Source: Raillietiella orientalis (lineage: Eukaryota). From it: a stretch of DNA of 64,000 bases. Within the stretch, counting starts at the first letter, position 1. Every line of letters begins with the position of its first letter. Shown here in pieces: positions 1-13,600 of this stretch. The notes under the pieces are model-generated. The model made no database searches, was not told the DNA's origin, and saw only the letters and a list, made by a program, of their open reading frames with translations. Location: the NCBI GenBank assembly GCA_036172245.1, contig JAYWIR010000016.1:3038001-3102000 (forward strand), written 5' to 3'. The position numbers were made by a program, and so were the translations under genes.

Positions 1-2510
1 TCGTAATGAACTAGCCTGGAGTAGAAGGTTTTCAATGCGTCCATCTTATGCCATCCTGAGAGTACACTCTCAAGTATGGCACTCGCGTTCTGGCAGATGT
101 CTTCCATAGTCGGTTGCATGTGGAAGACCTTCATGCCGAAGGGTTTTCCCAAGTATTTGCGTGCCTGCGATAAGGCAATACAAGAAAGATAAATAAGAAA
201 GCAGTTCGATATTACGAACCTTCTCATCGTTTATACGGTTCCTTGTAATAGTTTCAAGGCGAAATCGGATCAGCTTCCCATGTACCGATTTTGTAAAGGT
301 CTTGGCGCAGAACTGCATAGCCGGAAAGGAAACTGGATTGCTTGACACTCATGTTGACCTCTGTCCCGTCATTTCTGTGCACCCAATTTGAGAAGCTGGC
401 GCTTGGAGCTACACGCCCAAAGACTAAGGTCCGAAAAAGGAAACCCTCTGAGAATCTGAACTTTGCTTCGAAGGTTCCGCCCATCCATTCGGCTATCCCT
501 GTTCATCCACGTTTCAGTTGCGATGGTTTCACGCAGACCACAGCCCTGCCTGCCCTGTTCCCCTTAGAGCTCACTCTCCAGTATGGCACTCGCCTTCTGG
601 CAGATGTCATCCTTGGATAGTTGTGTATTGAATACCTTAACACCAAAGAATTTTCCCAAGTACTTGTATGCTTGTGATAAGGCAATACAAGGGATTTTCC
701 CTTCCTTCACCTGGCTTTCCACGTTCCTTGTACCTTTCGGAATTCTCCCGCTGTACAATATTGAGGCGCATTTCGCCGCGTTGATGGATAAGCCAGCTTG
801 CTCGACTAATTTCTGGAAAGGTACTATCATTTCTTCGACTCTCGCTTCGTCCTTTCCCAGTATAACGATATCGTCGGCGTAAGCTAGTATCAGTCGTCCC
901 CATAGTTATGTCTCATTGAGCGCAGGCTCAATGAGACATAACTATGGGGCTCTATTGAGATGATAAATAGGAATGAGTTTAAGGGACATCCCTGCTTCAC
1001 TACGCGCCGCACGGAGAAGGTCCTCGTTTCTGTCTTTTCCAAGGTGAAACTTCCTGTGTATACTTCTTCAATGATATCTATTATGTTTTCTCCTGCCCCT
1101 GCTTCCTTCGACCAGCGATGTGCAGCATCCAATCTTGTTGTAAGATGAAATTCTGTTCTAGCACTCCATCAAAGGGCAGGAAGCCCTTCTGTTGGGTGCC
1201 ATGATCTCGTTTTCCAGAATCCATCTTCTGATTCGGGAGGCTAAGCATTTGGCATACAACCTATAGGCACTGTTGCTAATGGATATTGGCCTCCAGCTGG
1301 AGATGTCATCTGCTGCTGTGGGGTTCTTCGCTATGAGTACCGCTCTGGTACACCTCCACTCTTCTGGAATTCGACGAAACCTTTTTAGAATATTAAAAAT
1401 TATTGTGAGCATTTCGGCCTCTGGATCAATGCTCTTCCATCCAGCGTACGTAATTCCATCTTCTCCGGGGGATGAATTTTCCGCACTCCGCAGTATCGCC
1501 GCTACCTCCTTTTGAGTAAATGGAGATAGGTCTAAGGGGGATGCTGCTTGGGCTCTTCCTAGCAGTATCTTCTTGGGAATCTCTTTATCTGCTTCCTGTT
1601 TTATCTCCAGCTCATTCCGAAAATGCCTTTTAACCTTGTCAACTTCTAACTTACAGGTCGGGTCCTGCTGACCTAAAATCGCTCTAACTGCTCTTCTCCT
1701 ACTGACGTTGTAAAGTTTTTGGATTGACGATCTGTTGCTCGGGTCAATCCTTGGTTTCTTCCTGCCTTCCTTTCCGCTTTTACTTTGAGTACCTCCTGGA
1801 TTTTAACTTTCACCCTTTGATACATCAGAAGTCCTCCCAACGAGGCCTTTCTTCATCCAGGATCCTCTGGAGATGAATTCGCTCCTCTCTGAACTTTGAG
1901 GAGTAGTTCGCTCTCCATGTCCACTTTCCTGCCGTGCCTTTCGGTTTTCGTGTCTTTGTATGGCTTCCATTTTACTCGTTCCTTCTGGAGGTTCTTGTTT
2001 GTTTTCATGAGCAACTGTGGCTGAGGGATGATGGTCTAGGAGGAGAGGACATCACACCGCACTTTGTAATCGATGGGAGCGGGCTGCAATTGTTCCTTTT
2101 CCGTGTTTTCTTTCATCCGATCTTCAATCAGAGGGTCTATAAATGCTTCCAAGTTGCCAAACAGCCCTCCTTCATCTCCTTCTCCTAGCGGGGGCAACTC
2201 GGATGTTGTTCCCACCGACGTCTCATCCTCTTGTTTCTTTGTCTCCTGAGCATTCCTTTTCTGGCTCTCTTCTCCAAGTATATCAATTGAAGGAGTTTCC
2301 ATCTACACCATGCTTCCTCTGCTGGTAGGTTGCAGCCTCCCAGCTCGCTCATGCCAGATCTGATGGTTTAGCAGGCCTTTTCTCGTCGAAAAGGTCATGT
2401 CGCACTCCGGTCTGGAACTGACGAGCCTTGTCGACACTCGTACTGTTACCATGGGGGCAGGCGAAGAGAGTTCTCCATCGCAAACCTGGTGCGAAGGTCT
2501 TGCTCAATGT
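1..2510 (-). mobile_element. Degenerate non-LTR retrotransposon, NeSL/Utopia-like; runs off the left edge of the window
   Basis: Frameshifted minus-strand fragments occur in the expected order: C2H2 finger (ECDMTFSTRKGLLNHQIWH, ~2350-2410), SIQKLYNVSRRRAVRAIL, IFNILKRFRRIPEEW...WRPISISNSAYRLYAKCLASR, QKGFLPFDGVLEQNF, VKQGCPL, LAYADDI, GLSINAAKC, YKYLG. The RT DxxxAF segment is deleted and there are several stops. The subfamily call is from motif recognition only. Confidence 0.85.
898..949. repeat. Perfect 24-bp inverted repeat with 4-nt loop
   Basis: CCCCATAGTTATGTCTCATTGAGC (898-921), GCAG, GCTCAATGAGACATAACTATGGGG (926-949); the two arms are exact reverse complements. Confidence 0.97.
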
Positions 2511-2603
2511 TTTTCACCCGGATAAGCCGGGGCTTTTATTATTAAAATTTTAGAATAAAACTTTATAATAAAGTCTGGTCTTTTTTGTAGTTAAATGTCT
2601 ATC

Positions 2604-2640
2604 AGCACTTCTCAGCCTTTTGGCTAAGATCAAAGCGTAG
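2604..2640 (+). pseudogene. U2: U2 snRNA 5' fragment (nt ~1-37), 3'-truncated
   Basis: AGCACTTCTCAGCCTTTTGGCTAAGATCAAAGCGTAG matches the U2 5' consensus ATCGCTTCTCGGCCTTTTGGCTAAGATCAAAGTGTAG at 33/37 positions. Similarity stops inside the GUAGUA branch-point-recognition motif. Confidence 0.9.
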
Positions 2641-3432
2641 GAACTGGAGCCAATGTGACTAATGACAGCCAAACTACAAATTCACTAAGATTAGATACGA
2701 AATCAACATTCTTTAAACTCTTCATTCTGCTTTTTGACATGCTTTCCCTTCCAACACAACTTGTTCTAGGTCCTGTTGCTGTTTGCTAATACTTGATCAA
2801 GACTTTCAAGTTCATAGTTATGGTAAATAAGAAACTACAATTTTTGCTTTAATGTAAGCAGCAATTACTCATGTGGTGCATAGTCTACTTACAGGTCTAG
2901 GATTCAGAATACTGATGACTACACAGAATTCCAAAGGCAAGCTGAGTAGTGGACTTTTGTATTTATCCCATGCAACAACTCAGTGCAACCATGCAATTCA
3001 CAGATTGTATTAAAATAGAACACCAAGTATTATCAAGCACTTGCACTGTAATGACGTGCATCTCTTCAAGACTCACGGTCAATTTCCTGTAATTAACCTC
3101 ATGAAAGGTCAGAGAGAAAAATTGATTTTTTTCGAACTTACTACTAACAAATGAAGCATTTACAAACTGAAAACAATGCATACACAAAAACTTTCAATTA
3201 AATTCCAAATGTATCTGAAATAATTTTCAACTTTATCTGATGACAATGACAAGGTCCTTCAGCAGGCACTTGGAAACGAACTTGTTAGAAAAACCAATGA
3301 CACAAATCAGTTTTGAAATGTTTTTATTTAGTTCGAAAAGTGTGCTTTTAGGGCATACATTTTAAATGTGGAAACATCTAGTTTTCACATCAAACAAAAA
3401 AAGTGTACCACAAATTTGGTAAAATAATTTCA

Positions 3433-4322
3433 TCACAAACTTATACCACCACCTACAAATTCCATTCTTTGTTGTGGTTGAGCAAATGCTAGCCAATCTG
3501 ATGAATGAGTTGGTAATAATCCCATGGACTGACATTTGTACAAAACAAGAGCCAAACCTAGTAAATTTCCAAGAAGATAAACTATTTTCTGAATAGTTGC
3601 ATGACTACCTTCTATCATCTTAAAAGCTACAACACAGGTTTCATAAGTTTTAGTGTGCTGAACATTTCAAACTCACTTGTCTGTAAACTAAAAAGGGCCT
3701 TGAGAGGCCTTAAGAACAGCATGCCAACCATCATTATGGGAAATATTGATATGGAATTTCCAGCCATATACATTACAAGCAAATTCATGGGAATCTGCTT
3801 TAATGGAGCTAATGCTAAATCCCAAGATCTCTTAATAATAAGCACTGGATCTGCTTGTTTTGCGATTTCACTATGGATCTGTACAGCCGTAGGATTATAA
3901 CCAGGTGGGGATGGTAAACTTTCATATCCTCTATCATTCTTTCTACAAAAGGATCCCAAACTCAGGGTTAATAGTTTACTCTGATTACACTTGAACACAG
4001 AACACAGCATGCAGTTAAATCTACAAAATTACAAAATGATTCTTTATAGTGTCATCCTACAAATAGCAGTTTGGCACTTTGGGAAAGGGAATCCTTTATC
4101 AACTTGGAGATTTCAAAACGAAACAAAAAACGGTCATTCCACTTGGGTTTTCATTAAACAACCGGGCAGGAAATGCACGTCATTCAATGGAAAAGTTTGA
4201 ACACTACCTTATATGCAGAAAACGCAGATTGGTCGAAAATATACGTAATACTACCTTGAGGTAGGATTGAAGTCAAGAGCCCATTTGAACTTCTTAATGC
4301 TTTTTGCGTTTCCTGACGACAT
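3433..4322 (-). CDS. EMC4: ER membrane protein complex subunit 4 (TMEM85); exons 4322-4255, 3942-3677, 3626-3433
   Basis: The spliced product reads [18 protein letters not shown]...[39 protein letters not shown]...[19 protein letters not shown]...MEFVGGG. GT-AG introns keep the frame. Confidence 0.96.
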
Positions 4323-5199
4323 CTTCAGCCGCTTCGCAAGGGAAGCAATCTATCAATCTCACACAGGAATGAGATTGGGGCTACTCCACTAACTGATTTG
4401 CATACGTATGTGCAACGCATGAACACAACTAAAACATACGATTACAACGAATCCTCAGATCACGTGCATCACTTCACTTCTTTCTCCGGTTCCTACTTCA
4501 CGCTCGTCTCCAATTGCTACCGTTCCCAGCACTTGGCCTCGCCAAAACGCATGCAATTCGCCGCATCTCCGAATCCAACGTGCGCGAAGACGAAGAGATG
4601 CGGCACCGCTCGCTGAGGGAACCACGGCATACCCTTTGTTGTCGGACATTTTGGTTTACAACTTTCTGCATAAATTGCCATGAAACAATACTTAATTGAT
4701 GCAAAAAAAATTTTTTCCCCCCCCCTTTTTTTGAGGTAGCCGTTTAACAAACAAAATTATGTGCACAAAAAAGCACTAATCATGATTTCAGGTTATAAAA
4801 ACGACTAATTTTATTAACTCCCGAAGATGAAAAGTATAAAAGCAACATGTATGGTGTAGGGAAGATGTGTCTAGGAGTTTCCAGAATATTGAACAAAATC
4901 AAGATTATATTCTTCCGTAAAAAGGGAGCATAAAAAAGGGATTCGAAAAACACGGGTTGTACAGAATAGGCCTATCTGAAAAACCAAACGAAACCCGTAA
5001 AATTTTGCTCCAGAAATGCATTTTCAATGCAACGCCACTCCATAATACAGGAAAAGTTGGATAAATGAAAACGCCAAGGAAATGCGATTAAGTGTCGCGT
5101 CTTTGTATTAAATCAGAGTAGAAAGTAGTGTAATGAATTCTGTATTGACACACAGATAACTAGAAGTGACAAATGAATGATAGAAAGGATGTGGAACAA

Positions 5200-5760
5200 G
5201 AAACTTACTAGTAGTATGAATTGAACGTTCTGTACTTGGAAAATAATTTTTCATAATTTTAATTGCAGGCTTAAGAGTACACAATAGAACCCATATAGTC
5301 CAATCAATCTCGATGTCTTTGTCTTTTACAATCAATTACTCTGTCTTTTACTCAAAAGAGACTTTCTCGAGAGTGCTCTGTTTTCCCCAATACATCATAT
5401 TTCACTTTCATGACCTATAAACAGAAATGTATTTACAGAAAGCTTTCGTCACTCCAATCGATAGGATGAACACATCATTAGCAAAGCCTCAACTAAGCTC
5501 CACCTCTCAAACCATCTGATAATTTCTGAATCGTCACGAAGCTGGCCGTCTGATAATTTCCTGGAGCTGCATTCTTTGCAGAACTTCCTTTAATATGATG
5601 TGTTTCGCTTTATCAAGCATTAGTTAACAAGGCACTTTCACTGAAAACAGGAAACTGGTAATAAAGTAACACTTGCAATAATAAAACGGAAATTCTTTTG
5701 AAGTGGACTATTATATCAATGCCTTTTTCAATTTCCTAATTAGTAGCGCAACTGAGAAAA
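5200..5760 (-). mobile_element. Very decayed LINE reverse-transcriptase remnant
   Basis: Broken minus-strand peptides EIEKGIDII, GFANDVFIL and IVKDKDIEI..DYMGSIV occur in the order of RT motifs DxxKAFD, FADD and YLG. Similarity is weak. Confidence 0.35.
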
Positions 5761-7037
5761 TCGACGCATCCTGGGAGGATGAGCCGCCCCTTTGGAAACG
5801 GCAATAGAAGTATGTCCAGTTCTTCAGTACACTATTTTGCCTTCCGTTCTTCGACCGCCAAAGGGTTGAGGGGAGAAATTGGAAAATTTATCTAAAGTCA
5901 CCCACCTTATGAGGGTGAGAATTCGAGCCGCGTTATTAGTGAGAGGCATTTCAGGATTTCAGGAACGCTGCTTTTCTCAGATTTGGAGCTTTCATATTTC
6001 GATTATAGAGGTCCAGTGTTAAGGTGCTTCAGTTTAGACATATGTGAATTCAAAACTCTTACTTCCCGAGTGAGACAACGGAATACTTTGGACTAATACT
6101 TTCAGTACAAATAAGTCATCGGCACTTTGCCACTCAACTGCATGATGAAAACGTAACGCTCAAGTGACCTATTTCGAATAAGGCACTGAGATTAAGGAAC
6201 CCGAAGTGCCATTTGTCAAAACCCATATGTGTTTTTCTCAGTAGAGCAAATGAATACTCAGCGAGCTTTCCAAAAACTTTCTCATGCATAGAAACAAATG
6301 TGCGGATTTGAAATTTCATTATTTCGGTTCGTATCTCCTTGAGGATCATAAAGCCTATGTCTGACGAAACCCGAAAGCAGAAAACGTGAATAGAAAAGGA
6401 CATGTAAACGTTTCCAAATAAAGTTGATTACAGTAAGCCGATCTGATTCGAGAACGGTGGGCATTCATCAGACTTGGTCACATACATGAATTATTGGGTA
6501 CATTTACTAGCTCGCGTGGGCAGGGTGGTCAAGCCGATCACATGTGGCCTACTCATGTAGAAAACGAAGATGCTGCAGCCAAAACTGCCTGTTGCCACCA
6601 GTTGAATCAATCTCTTCACAACCATGGGAATGGACGCAAGAGTGTGTGAAAAAATTTGACATCTTTAAAAATTGAATGTCCCAGCACTGAAGAAAGGAAC
6701 ACGATTCGGATTGTGCATAACGCTTCTCTAATATTAATTTGCATGCATTTTCTGCAATGCCACATACAAACCATCCGTGCTAATGAGAAATGCCGAGCAG
6801 TCCATACAATTACTCTGTGGCATATGCTATAACAGCAGAATAAGAGAAACAAGACAGGAATGCAATAAGACGGAGTCTGGATACAAAATCACCAGTAAAT
6901 TGCATTTTCTTATGCCCCCCCCAAAAAGAAATCCCATAGTTACTTCAAATGTTTACTGGCAATAACAAGCTATTATTTATTATATCTCCTTAAATCAGGA
7001 ATTTCACTGATCCAAACATGACTAGAAACATTGAAAA

Positions 7038-10000
7038 TCAATTATGTGAGCTTTGCAGAGGATTCAAAAACAAAATGAGCTTCCATTTTTCATCACAATG
7101 AAGAAATAAAGATGGATGAGATCTCATCAGTTTCTCTAACTGATCAGGTTGGAATTTCAAACCAAATTCATTGATATACTCCGTAACAGCATTAATGTTG
7201 GCACCAACTGGATGGATATGCAAAAAGATGGATAACAAACCTATGAGAAACATTAACCCACAAATTGTTACATGACCTAAAGCACTAACATATTAAATGC
7301 AAATCCTGAATGCATGGCATGAGCACAGGAGATACAGTCTCAAAGGAATCTGTTGTGTGTTCATGTTCTGATAATCGCTCTTTCAGCTTCTGAAGCTTAT
7401 CCTCTGCATCTCTATATTTAAGCTGAGCTTCCATTACTTGCTAGAACATAGCATAAACTTCACCTTTCTCTTAAACTTCCGCTTACTTTCTGAAGAGCCT
7501 GCAAAGCCTCTTCCAAGGAAGTAATCTGTTTACTTTTCTGCTCCAAGTCAGTCTTGAGATCAGCACGCACTAAATCCACCTCATTCTTATAACCCTCCAG
7601 CTGACAACGCAAGTTATCATTTTCTTCCTTCATGGAAGCAAGTTGGTCAACTTTTGTTTTTTTTTTCAAAGGAAAACCATCTTCATCAGAATCAGAAACA
7701 TCCATTTCTTCCTCTGCCCTCTCATTAAGCACTTCCTCCAGGTGCATGCTCATGATTTCCTGTAAACAGCATTGTTTGTTGTCAGGTTGGAGTCACAAAT
7801 TTGCGCATATTTTGACTCACCTTTCCAAAGCTAATGGCAAACAGCAATTCATGAACCCCAACCCTATGCCCCAATTACACAAATAAAGGCATGCAGAGAG
7901 AGAACAGAAAGAAGATAGATAGAACCTACCGCAGCTTGCTTTTTCCACATGTCGATATTCTTGCGCTGAGCTTTGGTAAAATGGTCCCAAACCTTTTGTA
8001 GACTGGACACTTGGAACACCTTCTCAATTTGACTGACTGAATGAGGAGAAGCAACAGAAAGTAGTTTGATGAGTAACGAAAGGGAGGAAATGCGTCAGGC
8101 CAGCTGGAGCTGACAATGGAAGATAGACCAACACAGATGCAGGAGGCATTCCCTCAGCCCGCAGCTCCAGCTGTTGCCAGACCAGGATAGGATGACTGCT
8201 AAACTTACATTGCATTAAGATGCCCTGCATACGCTGCTTCATCAGTTCTTTTGCTTTGTATAGATCCTCCTCATACTGTGCTTTCTCACTCATTAATCGC
8301 CGGACATGAGAATTAGATGACTGGATCATTGAATAGAAGATACCTGCATTACGTTTACAACAATCTCCTCTTTCCAACCATGTGATGAGCACTTGCACAG
8401 CCATACTGAATGTGCTATCATCTGAATCAACGAAACTTTTAATCATGCATCCTAGCATGCAAGACTCACCTTTCAGTTTCTCTGCAATCACCTGAGCTTC
8501 ATGATCAGTATAATGCATTATAGGAGGGGGAGAAGGAGGGCGCAGTCTTTCTTGTTCCATACGCTCTCGATGACGTTGCTCACGCTGCAACTGTCGAAGA
8601 CGACATTCATATTCATATTGATCATCTCTTGCTTGAGCGTAATCCACATGGAGACGGCCCATATTGGAAGCATCCAAATTCGAACCAAGGCGGATTCGGA
8701 ATCCTATCAAATACTGATGGCTAAGCAGGTGCAGAGAAAATCTAACCTGACAGAAAGATGGCATTGTCCACATAGGACTCACTTTCAAATCGTATATGGC
8801 AAAAGTTTTTCTTGCTCATACGGATAGTTGTAATCTCACCACACCACTCAAATACTTCCCTGATGGTTTCCTCTAAAGAACAAGCAAGCGTTTCACATGG
8901 ACATAAAAGTATTACCAGCTATATTTTCAGGTAATCCACCAACAAAAACTGTTCTGCAGCCTGGAGGTCGTTCCCTGGTTGTGGGAAGAGGAGCATTAGG
9001 ATTTGGAGGTAATAAGGTACATCTTTTGAAGTGGATGATTTCTTTACTTGGAGGCAGCAAAGGTCTTTCAGGCAGTACAGCTCCAGGAACTCCTAAAACA
9101 CCAAACTTTTCAAATGCATGATATTTATCACCATTCTAGAGAATCCACTTTACCTGATTCAATCCCATCATGCTTATCATAGCTGGATCATTGATTAGAT
9201 TTACCATATTGTAACTCAATCCAGTGTTGTTGGCTCCCCAAGGAGCAGGAATTTCTGTAGGATTTCCTCCTATCATCCCAAGAGGCGCACCAGAATTATT
9301 GTTGCTAATTTCTCCACTGGAATTAACATTCCCAGGGGATACGCATTTTGCAGACATTTCCTTTTTCCAGGCATGCAAACCAGAATGCTCATATCCATGT
9401 TCTCTATGGAACAGACTTAACTTTGCCTAATGTACAATTTTGGTACCTATCTCGTGATTTACGTTCTTTAATTTTTTCCGTTTGTTCACTTTCCTCCTTA
9501 TCTACAAGTACTACAAGATCTTGATTTTTGGCTGAAAATATGACCTGTTAATACTAATATAAAACAGGGCATTTAAAGAATACTGACTATATGACCACTA
9601 AAATTAAGCATGTGAGTTTGGGAACTCTATTTTCAGTTCCTTGAAACTCTCACTTGTAAGCATGATGTTCCAAATACCATTTCAAACTGCATTACACAAT
9701 GCCAAACATTATTGGAAAACGAGCTAACGAGTTCACTTTTTGAGAATTTAAATTCTCACAAAATGAAATCATTCTAACACAGAAACATTTCATTCTCACA
9801 TATTTGTGTTTTAAAGAATGCACCAATCTTGGTTTAATCACATATTTGTGTCTGTCATTCATAACTGATTATTATATGGAAATAACACTGATCATGCTTA
9901 CAATTAACATGAACCTCTTTTCCAATATTACAGAAAAGTTTTTATTCATAATTACTGAAAAACATCCAGGAATAATACGCTACAAGCTTATGGGATTCAT

Positions 10001-10646
10001 GTAGATCTTCATACATTGCACAATGTAAATTTTTCATTTTTGCACAAATGAAAACTTTTTCACTTTTTATATTAAGAATGAATAACAAAGATAAGCAAAT
10101 TCCAAGGAAACATTCTACAACAAAACCTTCAGAATGATCACACTGTAATGCACTCTTTAGCAAATTTCCTAATTGTGGAGAGAAGACTTTTTTGAAAAGT
10201 ATAATCTTTTAACTAGCCAACCTTCATTTGTAAGAAAAAAAAAAAAATCAAATGCCACGAAATCTATCAAAGCTACAAATATTTCTTTCAAAGAATAAAA
10301 TCTTCAGTTCGTTTTTCCTCTTTGAACCTTAACTACCATGCAATTTTAAAAGAGGTGTCATAAAAATGTGAAACTATTAGAGTAAAAGTAGAAAGATATA
10401 ATCTTCAAACATGATCTATATACAAATTTTATCATCGCTAGATTTCAAATATATAAAGAAAATAAACAAAAGGTTGCATTTAAAAAAATACTAACAACTA
10501 AAATTAATCACCTGGAAACAGATTTCCAACATTATTCTTTTTGAACTCAATGGGTGTATCAGTGTTAGCAGGATTCAAATTTTGCGAGGATAAAGCATTA
10601 AGATTGATGCTCTGAGGAGCATTAAGGTTGGCAGCTAAGGGAGTAC
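7038..10646 (-). CDS. ENOX: Ecto-NOX disulfide-thiol exchanger (ENOX1/2-like, RRM-containing); multi-exon, start exon upstream of 10646 unresolved
   Basis: Diagnostic peptides are CTLLPPNPNAPLPTTRERPPGCRTVFVGGLPEN, GRLHVDYAQARDDQYEYEC, FYSMIQSSNSHVRRL, KEENDNLRCQLEGYKNEV and IFLHIHPVGANI. Introns checked are GT-AG, several of 43-46 nt. Phase-compatible candidate ATG exons lie near 10720-10745 and 14175-14190. Confidence 0.92.
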
Positions 10647-13600
10647 CTGAAATGAAAGTTGACTTCAATGAAGAACTACGACTTTAATTGAAAAATTCAT
10701 AGAAAAATAAAAAAACACCTTCAGGATAAGCACATATACACATATGTATAAACTGTTATTCACATTTGTTCATCACTTAAATTTCTTTCAAAATGGACCC
10801 CCTTCTCCTTCAGACTTTTCCAATTGTCATAATTAGACAATGGGAAAATTCTAATTATAAAAATGATCCTAATGAGGGTTCATTTTTTATTTTAGAATAA
10901 TGTGAGTAGGTGAAAAACTAGATTTCTTGATGGGATTATACGATTTGAAAACATCTTTAATTTACGATATCCTTAGCTACTTGGAGTAACCAGCTACATT
11001 ATCCTTTCAATCCTCTCGATCTTTTTTGCTATTCTGCTTATTTACTTATAGGTTATTTTACGAATCAATAAATTAGCAACAAATCTTAGGAGAACCAAAA
11101 AAATGACATAATCATTTTGCAATCTTTTAAGCTTCCTTAGGATAAAGAAAGGATTCAATGAATAAACTGAACTGTGTGTTCACGTTCAAAATTTCACTTT
11201 GCTTTTGAATTCTTATCTCTGCTTCAGGTCTCCACCACCAACTGAATACATATACAAACTGAATTTGGATGTGCTTATTGTATCATTCTCAGCAGGCTGG
11301 ACACAGTATTAGACACCAGATGACCAACATATTTTCTAACTTAGCATTAACAGTTAATTCCTTGTAGAAGTTCCTAGAACTAAATTCATATACAGCTTAC
11401 ACTTATGATTTGTGTGACAAGCTTTCATGTTAGACACCATGTAATTTGATAGCATCCTCAAAAATGCAAGTAATCTTTAATAACTGTTACAACTTGATCA
11501 CATTGCTTGAGATCTTCATAATTTATTTCTGTTTTTAGAATCTGCACCCATTAATCTGACACAAATTGAACATTATTTCTCCTATGCTTTCACACTCTGT
11601 AGCCATGTTATTACAATGACATTTTTCTTGACAAAAACAACATTCACTTTCATACTATCCAAGATGATTCCTCTTTTACTACACTTGAAAAATAGCAAAA
11701 CTTCATACTAGTCTTGTAAGAAGAAGCTATCGGTAGAGTCATGATCCATAAATATTTTATACACTTTACATACAGAGCAACTTTATACACAGAGCAAAGT
11801 TGTTCCACATACTTTGAACACAACCTAATATCACATGTATTGGCTGATCCAAAATTCGGAACACACATGTACAATAACGCTTCATCTCTTCATCATTACA
11901 GTACTAACATTGATAGAGAAAATGTATGCATAAACTGTATTACCAAAAGTCATGGTCCCAAGAGGTGGTCTTGGAGGCAATGCACCAATTAAACTCAGGG
12001 GTGGATCTACAAATTGAAATCAAAGCACATAAATAAATTGTTTACATAGATAAAATATCTGTTATTGATACAATTAACATATCCACATAAACACACATCT
12101 CCTCATAACACTTCAATGTCCTTTAACTTTACATTAAGCATACACAACTTTTCCATCTTCATTTTAAATTCTCATGTATATTTCATCATAATGCTGAATA
12201 AAACTGGAAAATAATTTAATCTCTTCTTTCAACTTCAGTAATGAAAACCATACTGTGCTTAACTGTCATATAACTATTATTATTATTTCAAAATTACATT
12301 CGAAATGATAATTAAAATCACATACATCAGGTTTTGAATCTCAGTTCTAACTTCCTAGATAGTTTGTATAAATGCATTACTAAAACAACTATAAATGCAT
12401 TATTCACAGTGTAAATTAATAACAACTTCTAGCTACCCAATTACTTCATATTTGATGACATTAATATTATAATGATTTATCATTGCGAAGCAAAAATTAA
12501 TAATTCCATAGAGTTTAAATGCTTTCTTTTTTTATGACATACAAATACATCCAAATAATACACTTGCATTGTTACATGAGTGCGCACATTTTAATGGGAA
12601 GAACAGAAGATTTCGTTTATTTTTCTTTCTCAAACGTAACTGCCCACTTATCAAATTGAATTCACAAAGCAATATCATACATAACACCCTGTCATTCAGA
12701 CACCACTTTTGCAATGACTCTTTTCAGGCAAACTATTTTCAAATATACCTAAGAAGCCATATATATTTGACATCATCTTCTCTGCTTTTGGAATACTCCA
12801 ATTAGTAACAGCATAGTCCTGGCACACACATACAAACTGCCGTCCATACTACATATGTTCATTACATTTTATAGCTCTACATCATTTTCAACAAATGCAG
12901 TAATGATTGAATTATTTGAATCTTAAACTGAGATGCTTAAATCACAAACTTCAAAAGACTTGAAATGAAATCCAAATACATTTTCTGCTTTTTTGGTGGC
13001 ATCTTTTTTTCTAAATGGGCAACCTTTCGCCAAGGCCTAAATTACCATACCATGAGACACTCTCCAAGAGGATTCTTCATAGTATTTCACAACGCGCTTT
13101 CCTCAAAGAAACAGGCTTTTGTGATTATTTGTTCATTCCATTCTACAACAAAGTCTCTTTCTTTCTTCCTTTCTTTCTTTCTTTTCTTTATCATCTAATG
13201 AATTACTGAGTTATCAGCAGCCAAAGTTTTAACATGGTCTTTGCTGCAAAAGCGTCAGTGAAACGGGCAAGTCATATGAGGTAACGAAAGGCTATCGAGT
13301 TAAAATCGATTGCCAATTTCAAAAAATTTGAGACTGCTAAAGGATGATGTACAGAAATATCCCCTGGGCTGAAAGGGGATGATTTTGCCTTTTCCCCAGT
13401 CACTTAAAATTACATGAGCCGATAGAGCACGTGTTACTCTCGAGTTTTTGATTTTCAGTCTTCAAACGTAATATCATTGCTAAGTACGGATCTCAATCAA
13501 TCAATAGCTAATCCACTTGACTGGATACTAAGATTTCTGATGTAAAAATATTCAAGTAAAAAATACATAAAATGAATCCATTTGATTGAATGCTACTTGA

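Noticed and set aside
6361..6385. CTGACGA...GAAA hammerhead-like core
   Set aside because: No stem II or flanking stems can be formed.
6510..6560. tRNA/SINE A-box-like stretch
   Set aside because: No B box or cloverleaf.
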